From Mobula hypostoma (Eukaryota): 64,000 bases of DNA. The stretch spans positions 80,478,001 to 80,542,000 of the forward strand of contig NC_086097.1 of assembly GCF_963921235.1 (NCBI RefSeq). The letters are read 5' to 3'. Made by a program: the position numbers and the translations under genes. Positions within the stretch are counted from its first letter, which is position 1. Each line of letters opens with the position of its first letter. The notes under the pieces were generated by a model. That model saw nothing but the letters and a program-made list of their open reading frames with translations. It ran no database searches and was not told the DNA's origin. Of this stretch, positions 62,620 through 64,000 are shown one piece after another.

Positions 62620-63921
62620 TCAGAGTCAGCAACCTTCAATTCCTCAGTGTTATCATTTCAGAGGATTTGACCTGGGATCAGCATATAACTGCCAGTTTGA
62701 AGAAAACGTGGCAGCACCTCTATTTTCTTAGACATTTACAAAGATTTGGCATGTCACTTAAAACATTGACAAACTTCTGTGGATGTGTGGTGGAGAGTAT
62801 ATTGACTGGTTGCATCATGAGATGGGCTGATATGAAAACACCAATGGCTTTGTACAGAAAAGCATACAAAGAGTAATGGATATGTCCCAGTCCTTCACTG
62901 GTAAAGCACTATGCATGTATATCTACACAGAGCATTGTCACAGGAAAGCAGCATCCATCATCAAGGACCCCCCAGGCCATGCTCTCATCAGGAAGAAGGT
63001 ACAGGAGCACTTAGGACCTGCACCAGCAGGTCAGTAACAGTTATTACCCCTCAACCATCAGGCTCCTGAACCAGAGGGAGTAACATCACTCAGCTTCACT
63101 CATCCCATCACTGAAATGGACTCATTGTCAAGGACTCTTCATCTCATGTTCGTGATATTTATTGCTTATTTATTATTATTATTATTACTTCTTTATTTCC
63201 TCTTTCTTTTTGTATTTGAACAGTTTGTTGTTTCTTTTTCCACATTGGATGCTGTCTGTTGGGAACAGTCTTTCATTGACTCTATTGTGTTTCGTGTATT
63301 TACGGTGATTGCCGCAGGAAAAGGAATCTCAGCACTGTATATGGTGATATTTATGTACAGCGCAGTGCAAAATTCTCAGCATATGCCTAAGATTTTTGCA
63401 GAGTACTGTATTTTTCAATGTGGAACGGAAGGAGAGTTTGTAAATCTGCTGGGAGCAAAGGATGTTGGGAATGGCGGAGGTGGGGCCACGGGAGGGGTGT
63501 GGAACAGGTGGCAGAGAAGGAGTGTCGGGGGGGTGTGCTGTGGTGGGTTGGCACGGGTGCAAACACACTCAGTTCTGAGACTCCAGGCAAGGTAAATTGA
63601 TTCCAAACAATTAGTTTATTGATCATCACAGAATGCCTTTCTGGTGCTTCCTGCTACCCCACTTCTCCCTTCCCCTTTTCTCAACCATGATTGCCCTCTC
63701 TTCGCCCCCTTCCCACTCTCAGTCTACAATAGAGACCCACATTAGAGTCAGGTTTATCATCACTCACATATGTCATGAAACTTGTTTTTTTTTCTTGCAG
63801 CAGCTGTACAGTGCAATACATAGAATTACTATAGTACTGTGCAAAAGTTAGGCTCCCTTATATGTACTAAGACTTCTGCACAGTATTCGACTTTGATAAT
63901 AAATTTATTTGGAACTTTGAA
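62620..63921 (+). mobile_element. Rex1/Babar LINE 3' fragment, with its 3' UTR split by the 63358-63888 insert
   Basis: RVSNLQFLSVIISEDLTWDQHITASLKKTWQHLYFLRHLQRFGMSLKTLTNFCGCVVESILTGCI (typical Rex1 RT C-terminus). Tail AATAAA...GAACTTTGA. Confidence 0.85.
63358..63888. mobile_element. Composite Tc1/mariner-type non-autonomous insert: two tiny hairpin MITEs (63358-63408, 63832-63887) around ~420 bp of cargo
   Basis: Each end unit is an imperfect palindrome of CAGTACTGTGCAAAAG(TC)TTAG. The first is flanked by TA on both sides. The Rex1 UTR reads through when the whole block is removed. Confidence 0.65.
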
Positions 63922-64000
63922 ATGAAGCTTTGACACAGGAACAGAATTAGGCCAGGCACCCATCAAGTCTGCTCCACCATTCCTTCATGGCTGATTTATT

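Noticed and set aside
1..64000. Intact host protein-coding gene, or a prokaryotic-type system (operon, CRISPR array)
   Set aside because: No ORF could be assigned to a cellular protein, and there is no regularly spaced repeat-spacer array. Small exons of a large-intron gene cannot be excluded by eye.

Overview
This is eukaryotic, repeat-dominated vertebrate DNA in which I recognise no intact host gene. The repeat mix (CR1 LINEs, Penelope-like elements, V-SINEs, Rex1/Babar, RTE, BEL/Pao and Gypsy remnants) suggests a cartilaginous fish such as a ray; this is an inference, not a database match. Nearly all ORFs in the supplied track are fragments or antisense frames of decayed retroelements. The main signals are self-cleaving-RNA motifs and nested retroelements. 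(i) A 412-bp non-coding, RTE-derived SINE-like insert (27419-27830, minus, 11-bp TSD) begins exactly at the predicted G1 of an HDV-like ribozyme fold. (ii) About a dozen Penelope pseudo-LTRs carry minimal type I hammerhead motifs. They include a 1.9-kb fold-back copy with an 18-bp TSD and a 317-bp ORF-less palindromic mini-element with two opposed hammerheads inside a Penelope RT gene. (iii) Two ~55-bp Tc1-type hairpin MITEs bracket ~420 bp of cargo. (iv) Also present are a gag-only BEL/Pao element, a Gypsy remnant and a solo LTR. All calls were made by eye, so boundaries of old repeats are approximate.
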